Source: a virus (taxonomy: Duplodnaviria > Heunggongvirae > Uroviricota > Caudoviricetes). From it: a stretch of 13,543 nucleotides of DNA. The number at the start of each line of letters is the position of its first letter. Positions within the stretch are counted from its first letter, which is position 1. The notes beneath the pieces were generated by a model, which did not search any database, was not told the DNA's origin, and saw only the letters and a program-made list of their open reading frames with translations. Positions 1 through 7,428 of the stretch are shown in pieces. The position numbers and the translations under genes are program-made. Location: the IMG/VR virus record IMGVR_UViG_2657245483_000004, one strand, 5' to 3'.

Positions 1-1
1 A

Positions 2-1282
2 TTAATTTTTCATTGCTTCGTTATGGGGCATGGTTGGGGCAAACTCGCTTAACTGTGTATTTAACAAAGCTACCTGTGCATTATTGTTTTCAGACATCCA
101 TTTTCCGTATACCTGAAATACCATTTGCGCATCTGCATGGCCCATCTGGTTTGCTATAAATGCCGGGTTAGCACCAGCTGTCAGCGACCAGCAGGCATAA
201 GTATGTCTCGACTGATATGATTTTCGATGGCGGAGTCCGGCACGTTTTATCGCTGCGTCCCACATCTGCCTTATTGAGTCAACGGTAAAATGGTCACCAT
301 AATTTTTTACTCTCGCTGACACTTCAGGTTGAAAAACAAAGGTGCATTTATGTTTTTCTGTTCTGCCATACTCTCTGAGGTGAACATCAATGATATGCTC
401 TTTGCTCAGTCTCGTTAATGTCATCTGACTCCGGAGAGCGTCGATTGCTGGCTTAATAAGATGAATGACCCGATTGGTTCCCGCCTGTGTTTTTGGTACC
501 GTGAAACGGTCTTTTGCTAAATTTCTCCTGATCATCATTGTTCCATTTTTCAGATCTATGTCCTCCCATCCAAGTGCACACAGCTCACCAGGGCGAACGC
601 CAGTATAAACAGAAACACACCATAAATTTTTGGCTTGCTGATTTCTGCACGCATCGATAAGACGGATGAATTCCTCCCGCGAAAGAGGATCCGGAATGGT
701 TCTTGATTCCTTTAATGGCGAGATCCCCTTAAACGGGTTATCTGCCAGGTAACCGTTATCAACACCAAACTGGAACACGGCGTTAAGATTTGTCATGTAA
801 TTATTTACAGTTACAGCCGATCTCCCTGGTTGTGTAACAATATAGTTACTTTTGGGGATCTGGTATCCAGTCAGTAGCTCTTTACGAACCTCCAGTAATT
901 TTTCTTTATTAATCGATGAGGCAAGATTTTTTTCACCGATTATGCTCAGGATATTTTTGATGACGGCACGGTATGTGTTGAGTGATGTTTTTGCGACTTC
1001 AGTTTCTTTCAGTGCCAGAAATTTTTCAGCCAGTTCTTTTATGGTTAAATCTTGTCGGGTCTCACCAAATTTTTCCAGATTGCGTGAGGAGGGAAACTGT
1101 TTTGCATAGTCGAAAACACCAGTTTTTATTGCGTAACAAACAGAGGCGCGTAGCTCACCTGCAACGCGCCTGTTTTTTGCTGTGTCAGGAACCCCCAGGT
1201 TTTCCCTGACTCTTACGCCTTTATAAACAAACCAGATACGTAATTTCCCTCCATGGTTTTCCACGCCTGTCGGATATTTCAT
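2..1282 (-). CDS. int: Tyrosine-type phage integrase (site-specific recombinase)
   Basis: Track ORF 2..1297 (-) with TAA stop at 2-4. The C-terminal part shows tyrosine-recombinase hallmarks (...YQSRHTYACW...HADAQMVFQVYGKW...). Start placed at the second in-frame ATG (1280-1282, MKYPTGV...), which has a purine-rich stretch upstream; the first ATG at 1295-1297 has no SD. Terminal position next to an excisionase-like gene. Confidence 0.85.
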   Translation of the reverse strand: MKYPTGVENHGGKLRIWFVYKGVRVRENLGVPDTAKNRRVAGELRASVCYAIKTGVFDYAKQFPSSRNLEKFGETRQDLTIKELAEKFLALKETEVAKTSLNTYRAVIKNILSIIGEKNLASSINKEKLLEVRKELLTGYQIPKSNYIVTQPGRSAVTVNNYMTNLNAVFQFGVDNGYLADNPFKGISPLKESRTIPDPLSREEFIRLIDACRNQQAKNLWCVSVYTGVRPGELCALGWEDIDLKNGTMMIRRNLAKDRFTVPKTQAGTNRVIHLIKPAIDALRSQMTLTRLSKEHIIDVHLREYGRTEKHKCTFVFQPEVSARVKNYGDHFTVDSIRQMWDAAIKRAGLRHRKSYQSRHTYACWSLTAGANPAFIANQMGHADAQMVFQVYGKWMSENNNAQVALLNTQLSEFAPTMPHNEAMKN

Positions 1283-1316
1283 TTCAATTTCTCTCATTAG
1301 TTAGTGTGGCTTTTAG

Positions 1317-1568
1317 TCAAGTAAGATGACGTCTTGGTCTTGCTGATGCCTGGCGCTCAATCCAGCGATCAATTTCTTCCAGGTTGTAAAAGCATGGACT
1401 GTTATCCCATGGCATACCGTCATGAGCGACATGCTTATATTCCCTTCCTTCCATAAACGATTTTTCCCGGGCCTTTTTTAACGTACCTTTTTTTATTCCT
1501 TTCAGCGCAATTAACTGCTCTTCGGATACCCATTTGCCGGGAGAGACAATCATGATTACTTCGCTCAT
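1317..1568 (-). CDS. Excisionase-like small protein (putative Xis)
   Basis: 83-aa ORF immediately upstream of and co-oriented with int, 19 bp gap. Small, basic C-terminus, position typical of lambdoid xis. Start could be M1 or M6. Confidence 0.55.
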   Translation of the reverse strand: MSEVIMIVSPGKWVSEEQLIALKGIKKGTLKKAREKSFMEGREYKHVAHDGMPWDNSPCFYNLEEIDRWIERQASARPRRHLT

Positions 1569-1640
1569 CGATTTCTTTATCTCTTACATCAGACGAGCGC
1601 CGGTTGCAGAATACCAGTCACAACCGGCGACAGTTGAACA

Positions 1641-4112
1641 TTAAGAATCAGCCTGACTCGGGATCAGTTTTTGCCAGATAACTGAAACGTATTTTGCCTG
1701 GTAACGGGCGTCATCAAGTGCATTATGGCGCTCACCTTCGAATGGAATAGCCGTTCTGGCATCGAAGTCTATGGCTTTCCCCAGCTCAACGATTGTGCGT
1801 ACATCGCGATCGTTGTAGTAACGCCACGGGCAGGGGATCCCCTGCCGTTCGTATGAACGGCGCAAAATCGTGTTGTCGAAGTTGGCTCCATTTCCCCAGA
1901 CCTGAACAAAAAATTCACCGGAGTTTTCGTCGATAAATTCCCACAATTGTAACAGTGCATCATCTAACGGGATTTCATCGGTCATAATGGCAGATTGCGC
2001 TTCGCGTGATTGCTTAAGCCACCATTTAATGGTGTCCCGATCAATGACTCCGCCAGCAGTTTCCAGATCGATAGTCTTACTAAATTCCGGTCCCATATCT
2101 CCGGTTTGCGGATCGAAAAATATTGCACCTATTGAGATGATCGGGGCATCAGGATTTTTTCCCATGGTTTCAAGGTCGATCATTAGATGGTCACACGTCC
2201 TGCTGGTGGATGTGATTTCTTGATGACCGTTCACCTTAATTGAGTGATCTGCCGTCTCGCCAGTTTCATTATCGCTATCGTGATGCTGATTGCCGCCAGT
2301 GTTCTCCTTGTGTGGATGTTCAGCGCCTTCCATTTCCTCCGGATCATCTTCCTGAACTTCAATCTGATACTCTTCATCGAATGTTTCCTGGTATGTTGCG
2401 TCGCCCATTACCGCGCCACAATCAGGGCAGTTGCCGCCGCCGGTCTGACCGCAGGCGGTGCAGACTTTTTCCACTTCCTGTTGCGCCACTGATTCAGGCT
2501 GTTTCGTTTCTGGCTCGTTTTGTAACGCATTTGGGCTGTTTTGTTCCGCTTTTTGGTAGTTCCGTTCCGATTCATGCTGGTTCTGGTTCACAGAATCGCG
2601 GGTCTGGATCCCCTTAACCCATTTCGGATCATTCGGGTCACTAATCCCTTCAACAAATTCACCACGTGATGCAGCAAGCAACTTATCGGCGTCAGGCTGG
2701 ATGATATTGGCTGCCTGCATAATTTTGTTTACTTCGTCAGCGGTAACTTTTATCGGCTCTGGTTGTTCTGAATCTTCAGCGGTATCTACATTTTGCGGTA
2801 AGCCCGTGTATGTGCCATTTTTTCGGGCAAAATATTCTTCTTTTGTGATTTCAGTGGCGCCAGCAGCCAGTGCCTTATCCAGACCAGAAAGTTTGTTTGC
2901 GCGACCGTATTTTTCTCCGTCCTTATCTGCGAAGAGGAAATAGAACGGCCCCTCACGCTCTACAGATGGTTCAGCTTCCGGCGCGGTTTCATTTTTTGGG
3001 ATATCAGATACCTCAGTTTCCACTGCATCAGTTTGTGTTTCTGATGACTGGAGAACATCAACAGTGCCCAGGTCTGTTTCTTCATTCTCAAACACGCCCT
3101 TTGTCGTCAGGTATTCGCAGATATATTTGTTCAGTGCTACGGGATCTTTGTGAATGTCGATCGGACGCTCACGGACAAGGCCAAAAATAGTTTGGCGGTC
3201 GTAGCGAAGGGCATCAGGCTGTTTGCGCATTGATGCCGAGATACGCTTCCAGTCTTCGCGGTCGTTGTCGATAACTTCATTTTTTGCCCAGCGATGGATG
3301 CTGCCGTCAATGTTTCCGGCATCCACATCACCAGGCCAGAGAGCGTAGGCCAGTTCGTCATCCAGTGTTTTCCATGTCTGCTTGTATTCGCGATGAATGG
3401 CAGCAATGACCGGGCTGATTTTTCCTGTTGAATTTTCAGTGTACTGTTGATTGGCTCTGGCGCGGGCGAGATCAACAACAGACGTGTATTTTCCGGTTTC
3501 CTTGCGTTCACCTTCGCGACGTTTTTTCCAGATGCGCATCTCTGCCTGAATTTCGGGCCATTTAGCACCAGGAATACATTTATGCTTAACCCACCCAATG
3601 GCGTGCAACTTAAGCTCCGGATACATGGCGTTAACTTCTGGCATTTTCATCAACGCTTCAACGATATGTCCGTCGAATGTTGCCATGTCTTCCTGCAACA
3701 ATTCCTGTGCGCTAATAACCATATCAACGGTGATGTTTTCACATGTGTCGAACTTAACCATGACAGCGTTCTGTACTTCAGGGGCCAGCTTGTCAAAAGT
3801 GACGTTCATCGGATCGGATTCAGTCTCAACCGGGACAAAAGAAGCAGACTCCTCATCCCAGCGGTTTTCCTGCATATATTCAGCATCCCATGAATCGAGG
3901 GCAGGGCGGGGTATGCCAGGTTTATCCTCGCAGACAATAAATTTATAAGCGCAGTCCTGAGCAGCCGGATAATGTTCCAGGAATTGCCAGTGAAATTTTG
4001 CTCGAGCACGGCGTTCGTCGCCAGCTTCAATGGCTGTGGCTACAGCCACAGCGCCTTCTTCCCTTGTTGCCAGTTCGTCAGGAATAGCGGCGCAAATAAA
4101 GACTTTACTCAT
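1641..4112 (-). CDS. Large phage exonuclease (exodeoxyribonuclease VIII-like; C-terminal DEDDh 3'-5' exonuclease domain, central zinc ribbon)
   Basis: Track ORF 1641..4148 opens at a TTG. Start placed at ATG 4110-4112 (MSKVFICAAIPDE...), which has GAGG about 10 nt upstream. C-terminus shows Exo I (MIDLETMG), Exo II (WGNGANFDN) and Exo III (HNALDDARY) motifs. Central CTACGQTGGGNCPDCG is a C-x2-C-x8-C-x2-C ribbon. A mid-protein segment (DKLLAASRGEFVEGISDPNDPKWVKGIQTRD) matches my recollection of E. coli RecE-family proteins. Confidence 0.8.
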   Translation of the reverse strand: MSKVFICAAIPDELATREEGAVAVATAIEAGDERRARAKFHWQFLEHYPAAQDCAYKFIVCEDKPGIPRPALDSWDAEYMQENRWDEESASFVPVETESDPMNVTFDKLAPEVQNAVMVKFDTCENITVDMVISAQELLQEDMATFDGHIVEALMKMPEVNAMYPELKLHAIGWVKHKCIPGAKWPEIQAEMRIWKKRREGERKETGKYTSVVDLARARANQQYTENSTGKISPVIAAIHREYKQTWKTLDDELAYALWPGDVDAGNIDGSIHRWAKNEVIDNDREDWKRISASMRKQPDALRYDRQTIFGLVRERPIDIHKDPVALNKYICEYLTTKGVFENEETDLGTVDVLQSSETQTDAVETEVSDIPKNETAPEAEPSVEREGPFYFLFADKDGEKYGRANKLSGLDKALAAGATEITKEEYFARKNGTYTGLPQNVDTAEDSEQPEPIKVTADEVNKIMQAANIIQPDADKLLAASRGEFVEGISDPNDPKWVKGIQTRDSVNQNQHESERNYQKAEQNSPNALQNEPETKQPESVAQQEVEKVCTACGQTGGGNCPDCGAVMGDATYQETFDEEYQIEVQEDDPEEMEGAEHPHKENTGGNQHHDSDNETGETADHSIKVNGHQEITSTSRTCDHLMIDLETMGKNPDAPIISIGAIFFDPQTGDMGPEFSKTIDLETAGGVIDRDTIKWWLKQSREAQSAIMTDEIPLDDALLQLWEFIDENSGEFFVQVWGNGANFDNTILRRSYERQGIPCPWRYYNDRDVRTIVELGKAIDFDARTAIPFEGERHNALDDARYQAKYVSVIWQKLIPSQADS

Positions 4113-4204
4113 TTGTTTTAACCTCATGACAGATTTAAGGATGAACAAATCCCTGCCATTGCTGGCATATAAGAATGAAACCGGATATTTATTACGGAAC
4201 TGTT

Positions 4205-4396
4205 TTAAAGACCTGCCGGGATTTCGATATTATCCTGGTGAATAACTTTATCGACCGGGTAACAGTTACCGGGAATTTTCTGTTCGGTTGCTGCAGTCAT
4301 ACACTCCTGCATTGTCCTGTGAACACTGACTGCAATATCAACTGGCTCTCCGGAAACAAGAAAAACTGTCAGAACAAGCACAAATGCTGAATTCAT
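4205..4396 (-). CDS. ydfD: YdfD-like small protein with hydrophobic N-terminus (lysis-associated in Qin prophage)
   Basis: 63-aa frame MNSAFVLVLTVFLVSGEPVDIAV... inside track ORF 4205..4450. AAGGA sits 7-8 nt upstream of the ATG at 4394-4396. Its start overlaps the dicB stop as ATGA (4393-4396), implying translational coupling. Sequence matches recalled K-12 YdfD. Confidence 0.75.
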   Translation of the reverse strand: MNSAFVLVLTVFLVSGEPVDIAVSVHRTMQECMTAATEQKIPGNCYPVDKVIHQDNIEIPAGL

Positions 4397-4581
4397 TGTG
4401 CACATCCTTTTGGCATCAGACGTAAACGAGCCAGCATTGAAACAATGCATATTTTATTTAATAGCTCCCGTTCTTGTTTTCTCTTGTTAATGGCATCTTC
4501 AGTAAATACTGGGTTACTGATAGTGACACCAATTTCAAAACAACCTTCAGACGTATTAACGTTTGGTAATAACGTTTTCAT
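4393..4581 (-). CDS. dicB: Cell-division inhibitor DicB
   Basis: 62-aa frame MKTLLPNVNTSEGCFEIGVTISNPVFTEDAINKRKQERELLNKICIVSMLARLRLMPKGCAQ inside track ORF 4393..4686. GAGGA is 7 nt upstream of the ATG at 4579-4581. Matches recalled DicB; lies downstream of DicF as in the dicB operon. Confidence 0.8.
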   Translation of the reverse strand: MKTLLPNVNTSEGCFEIGVTISNPVFTEDAINKRKQERELLNKICIVSMLARLRLMPKGCAQ

Positions 4582-4750
4582 TATCGCGTCCTCAACAATG
4601 AATTTTGTGATGCAGTGCCTGGTGCCTCCAGGTGACGTTAACCAGTTAACAATTAACGCCGGATACAGAGAATCCACCCATAACACTGTTTTTGGTTTTA
4701 ACTGTTCCGCGTGCGCTCAGCCGCATTCACCACATCACAAAATTCACTTT

Positions 4751-4808
4751 AAAAAGGGCGGCAGAGCAGTCACGGAGTAAAACTGATACCGCCAAACGTC
4801 ACCAGAAA
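4751..4808 (-). ncRNA. dicF: DicF small regulatory RNA
   Basis: Minus-strand sequence TTTCTGGTGACGTTTGGCGGTATCAGTTTTACTCCGTGACTGCTCTGCCGCCCTTTTT matches recalled DicF, including the 3' GC stem plus T-run (plus 4751-4770). Positioned between ydfC and dicB. Confidence 0.8.
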
Positions 4809-5148
4809 ATTGATAACAGAGGGCGTTGCAGCGGGGTTGTCACTTAAGCGTATGGTCAACCTGACAACCCGGTGTCCTCAACGGGGAAGAAATAACCCCG
4901 CCATACTTACCGCCGCACCATTTCGCGGGTTGCCACAACCGGAAGCGCACGGTCGACGAAAATTTAACGACAGGCTATCTATGAACCAGCTACCTCGCCG
5001 TGCGCTTTCGCGTTATGGTCTGACTTTTCAGGGAAATATCCTTTCAGTAAACTGTCAGTGCCGGATGCTCACCCGTGTCCGGCGCACGCACTCCACCTCA
5101 CCCGTGGAGAACTCCTTAATTACCAACCTTAGCTTCGTTGGTTAGCTA

Positions 5149-5367
5149 TTAACGCGGGTATGTAATCATTCTGGCAATGCTTAATGCCGCTGCTTTTTCC
5201 AGATTGGTGATATCCTGCTCCAGAGCGGACAGATTTTCAGCCTGCTTAGCCCTGGCTTCATTGGCCCATTTCAGATCCTGCGCTGCATTAATTTTCTGGC
5301 GCATCCACTCATAAAGTTCATCATCGGTATAGTCTGGCGCGATGATGACGGGTTCTCGTTTCTGCAT
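5149..5367 (-). CDS. ydfC: YdfC-like small protein (dicB operon)
   Basis: Track ORF, 72 aa. GAGGAA SD lies upstream of the ATG at 5365-5367. Operon position and recalled sequence match Qin YdfC. Confidence 0.75.
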   Translation of the reverse strand: MQKREPVIIAPDYTDDELYEWMRQKINAAQDLKWANEARAKQAENLSALEQDITNLEKAAALSIARMITYPR

Positions 5368-5396
5368 ACTGATTCCTCGCGGTGCTGTTTCGCTTA

Positions 5397-5525
5397 TCAG
5401 CCGTTAGATTTTGCCGAACTGGAAAGCGCCTGTTTAAATTCGTTGAAGCTGTGAGCTTCTTCGCCTTCGGCAAGGCCTTCGAAGTATTCTTCGTAAGCCT
5501 TTTCCATGATTGTGTCAAAATCCAT
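5397..5525 (-). CDS. ydfB: YdfB-like small acidic protein (42 aa)
   Basis: Not in the track (under 60 aa). Minus-strand frame MDFDTIMEKAYEEYFEGLAEGEEAHSFNEFKQALSSSAKSNG from ATG 5523-5525 to TGA 5397-5399. Sits between ydfA and ydfC. Overlapping track ORFs 5321..5530 (-) and 5382..5579 (+) are in other frames. Confidence 0.65.
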   Translation of the reverse strand: MDFDTIMEKAYEEYFEGLAEGEEAHSFNEFKQALSSSAKSNG

Positions 5526-5526
5526 A

Positions 5527-5682
5527 TCACTCACCTGAGTTTCTTTCCAGCCAGCGACGGGCACCATTTTCGGTTTTAAACGTTTTGCTTTTGGTATACG
5601 TCATTGCGGTGAAGGTGCCGTCCTGGTTTGGAAACACGCCGTACACCAGAGATTCGTTGTTGCCAAGATCGATAGTATCCAT
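5527..5682 (-). CDS. ydfA: YdfA-like small protein (51 aa)
   Basis: MDTIDLGNNESLVYGVFPNQDGTFTAMTYTKSKTFKTENGARRWLERNSGE, with GAGGT SD upstream of the ATG at 5680-5682. The track ORF extends in-frame to an upstream ATG at 5761-5763 (78 aa), a possible alternative start. Confidence 0.7.
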   Translation of the reverse strand: MDTIDLGNNESLVYGVFPNQDGTFTAMTYTKSKTFKTENGARRWLERNSGE

Positions 5683-5862
5683 GCTGACCTCATTTCCCCT
5701 TAACGCCGGGGTAGCGGAACAAAAACCTGCTGCATAGTTATTAAAGTTGAACCCTGCCGTCATGTTCTTACGCCTCGGGCTGGCTACTTAACCCCTGACC
5801 ACTGCCTGGTAACTCGAAGTATTGCCCTGCATTCTGTAGGATGGGGTGAGGGAATGAATGAA

Positions 5863-5890
5863 GTTTAGAAAGACGAACTTTCCAGGTCAA
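5863..5890 (-). promoter_or_regulatory. Candidate sigma70 promoter for the leftward ydfA-dicF-dicB-exo-xis-int operon (PL analogue)
   Basis: On the minus strand: TTGACC (plus 5885-5890), 16-bp spacer, TAAACT (plus 5863-5868). Lies between the repressor stop (5975) and ydfA. Sequence-only prediction. Confidence 0.4.
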
Positions 5891-5974
5891 TGTTTTTTTA
5901 TCAAAACATTTTAAGCAGGCAGCTGTTAAGCCATCACCACGATGGCATACAGTTAATCAAATAGATGAGGTTGG

Positions 5975-6613
5975 TTAAATATCTTGTTGAATTTTAAAGC
6001 ATACGCCCAATATGCAAGATAGATCATCCAGCATAATTGAAGGGTAGCGAGGATTCGTGGGGACTAAAAGAATATCCGGCCCTTCTATCTCCAGTTTACG
6101 AATGACAGGTGTTGTGGTCCCTTTGGGTAAGGCAAGGACAATATTTCCTGGTTGTACGGTTCGATCGGGATCAACAAAAACTGTTGAACCATTTGGGATG
6201 GAAACTCCCCCACCAGATGTTGACATACTGTCACTCTCTAGAACAACTGCAAAGGTATTGACCGGGATTTCTCCGACAAGCTGCACACAAGAGGTTATTG
6301 AGGAATTTTTCATATAATCACTCCAGCTTGCTGCCTGCTGAAGTGATAGTAGCGGAACCGTTTTTATCGGCGGTAAAGATAGATCAAGCGAATCACCTGT
6401 ATTTAACTCTCCTCCATTAAGAAGCCAATTTTCGTTTACTTTCAATATTTTTGCCAGTGAACTTATGTAACGCGAGGACGGCGCTCCTCCACCGTTCATC
6501 CATTGACTTACGGAGCCTTTTGATGCGCCAGTGCCATTGACAAGGTCTTTGCCTTTCAGGTTTAGCGCATGCATACGTTGGGTTATGCGTTCAGATATAG
6601 TTTGCTTGCTCAT
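5975..6613 (-). CDS. CI-like prophage repressor (XRE-family HTH N-terminus, S24/LexA-like peptidase C-terminus)
   Basis: Track ORF, 212 aa. N-terminal HTH-like segment (ISERITQRMHALNLKGKDLVNGTGASKGSVSQWMNG); C-terminal part of the size and Gly/Ser-rich character of S24 autoprotease domains. Divergent from a cro-like gene. Confidence 0.85.
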   Translation of the reverse strand: MSKQTISERITQRMHALNLKGKDLVNGTGASKGSVSQWMNGGGAPSSRYISSLAKILKVNENWLLNGGELNTGDSLDLSLPPIKTVPLLSLQQAASWSDYMKNSSITSCVQLVGEIPVNTFAVVLESDSMSTSGGGVSIPNGSTVFVDPDRTVQPGNIVLALPKGTTTPVIRKLEIEGPDILLVPTNPRYPSIMLDDLSCILGVCFKIQQDI

Positions 6614-6704
6614 GTTTTGATTTTAAAACACAGATGGTTTTGTTTCTTGACTTTCTTTGGTTTTGATTATTAAACTTTTGACGTTCAGTTTTATGGAGCG
6701 ACTC
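6614..6704. promoter_or_regulatory. Divergent immunity promoter/operator region (PRM-like and PR-like)
   Basis: 91-bp AT-rich intergenic region between the divergent repressor and cro-like genes. Contains repeated TTTTGA-containing blocks at about 6615, 6641, 6660 and 6676. Operator assignment is inferred. Confidence 0.45.
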
Positions 6705-6935
6705 ATGAAAAAATCAGAAGTATTAGGCTATTTTGGCGGAGTTGTTAAAACAGCCGCAGCTCTAGGAACGTCAAAAACCACAGTCAGCATGTGGGGGGAA
6801 GAGGTTCCGTGGAAATGGGCGTTGCTAATTCAGGCAGTCACTGCCGGGGCGCTCAAATATGAGTTACACATACCGACGGTTGTCATTCCCGGTTCTGATC
6901 ATAATCCGCCTTCTAACCAAGGGGGGGATTCATGA
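6705..6935 (+). CDS. Cro-like / YdaS-family HTH regulator
   Basis: Frame MKKSEVLGYFGGVVKTAAALGTSKTTVSMWG... with GGAG 6 nt upstream of ATG 6705. Track ORF 6657..6935 starts earlier without an SD. Small HTH protein divergent from the repressor. Confidence 0.7.
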   Translation: MKKSEVLGYFGGVVKTAAALGTSKTTVSMWGEEVPWKWALLIQAVTAGALKYELHIPTVVIPGSDHNPPSNQGGDS

Positions 6936-7357
6936 AAATCAAGCATGAACACATCCGCATGGCGATGAATGCCTGGGCGCATCCGGACGGCGAAAAAGTA
7001 CCGGCTGCGAAAATTACCAAAGCGTATTTCGAGCTGGGAATGACGTTCCCGGAACTGTATGACGACAGCCATCCGGAAGCCCTGGCTCGCAATACCCAGA
7101 AAATTTTCCGCTGGGTAGAGAAAGACACCCCTGATGCAGTTGAAAAAATTCAGGCGTTGTTACCAGCGATCGAAAAGGCAATGCCACCTTTGCTGGTGGC
7201 CAGAATGCGCAGCCACAGTTCAGCTTATTTTCGGGAGCTGGTGGAGACGCGGGAGCGACTGGTGAGAGACGCTGATGATTTTGTCGCAGTGGCAATCGCC
7301 GGTTTCAATCAGATGAACCGTGGTGGCCCGGCAGGAAATGCTGTGGCAGTACATTGA
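6932..7357 (+). CDS. YdaT-family protein (CII-position early regulator)
   Basis: Track ORF, 141 aa, begins MKIKHEHI... as recalled for YdaT-family prophage proteins. ATGA overlap with the cro-like stop (6932-6935); G-rich SD upstream. Confidence 0.7.
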   Translation: MKIKHEHIRMAMNAWAHPDGEKVPAAKITKAYFELGMTFPELYDDSHPEALARNTQKIFRWVEKDTPDAVEKIQALLPAIEKAMPPLLVARMRSHSSAYFRELVETRERLVRDADDFVAVAIAGFNQMNRGGPAGNAVAVH

Positions 7358-7428
7358 CTGACAATAGCCATATCGAATCGCTTCCGGCAACTCGTGAGTA
7401 AAAAGATTCGGTATCAGAAGAGGTGAGT

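Noticed and set aside
1769-4030. Track ORFs inside or antisense to the exonuclease gene (for example 2240..2617 +, 3137..3598 -, 3447..3893 +, 3598..3948 +)
   Set aside because: All lie within the 2.5-kb exonuclease reading frame, which has coherent domain structure and motifs; none has a convincing SD. Treated as chance frames.
4810-5145. 111-aa plus-strand ORF between dicF and ydfC
   Set aside because: It is antisense to the leftward operon in the GC-rich spacer upstream of DicF, has no SD, and its translation is R/P/G-rich low-complexity, typical of an open frame in GC-rich non-coding DNA.
5321-5579. Track ORFs 5321..5530 (-) and 5382..5579 (+)
   Set aside because: They overlap the SD-supported ydfB frame (5397..5525) in other frames; the 69-aa translation is basic and low-complexity.
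6057-7357. Antisense ORFs within the repressor and YdaT-like genes (6057..6317 +, 6913..7128 -, 7014..7295 -, 7305..7571 -)
   Set aside because: They overlap better-supported genes on the opposite strand and lack ribosome-binding sites.
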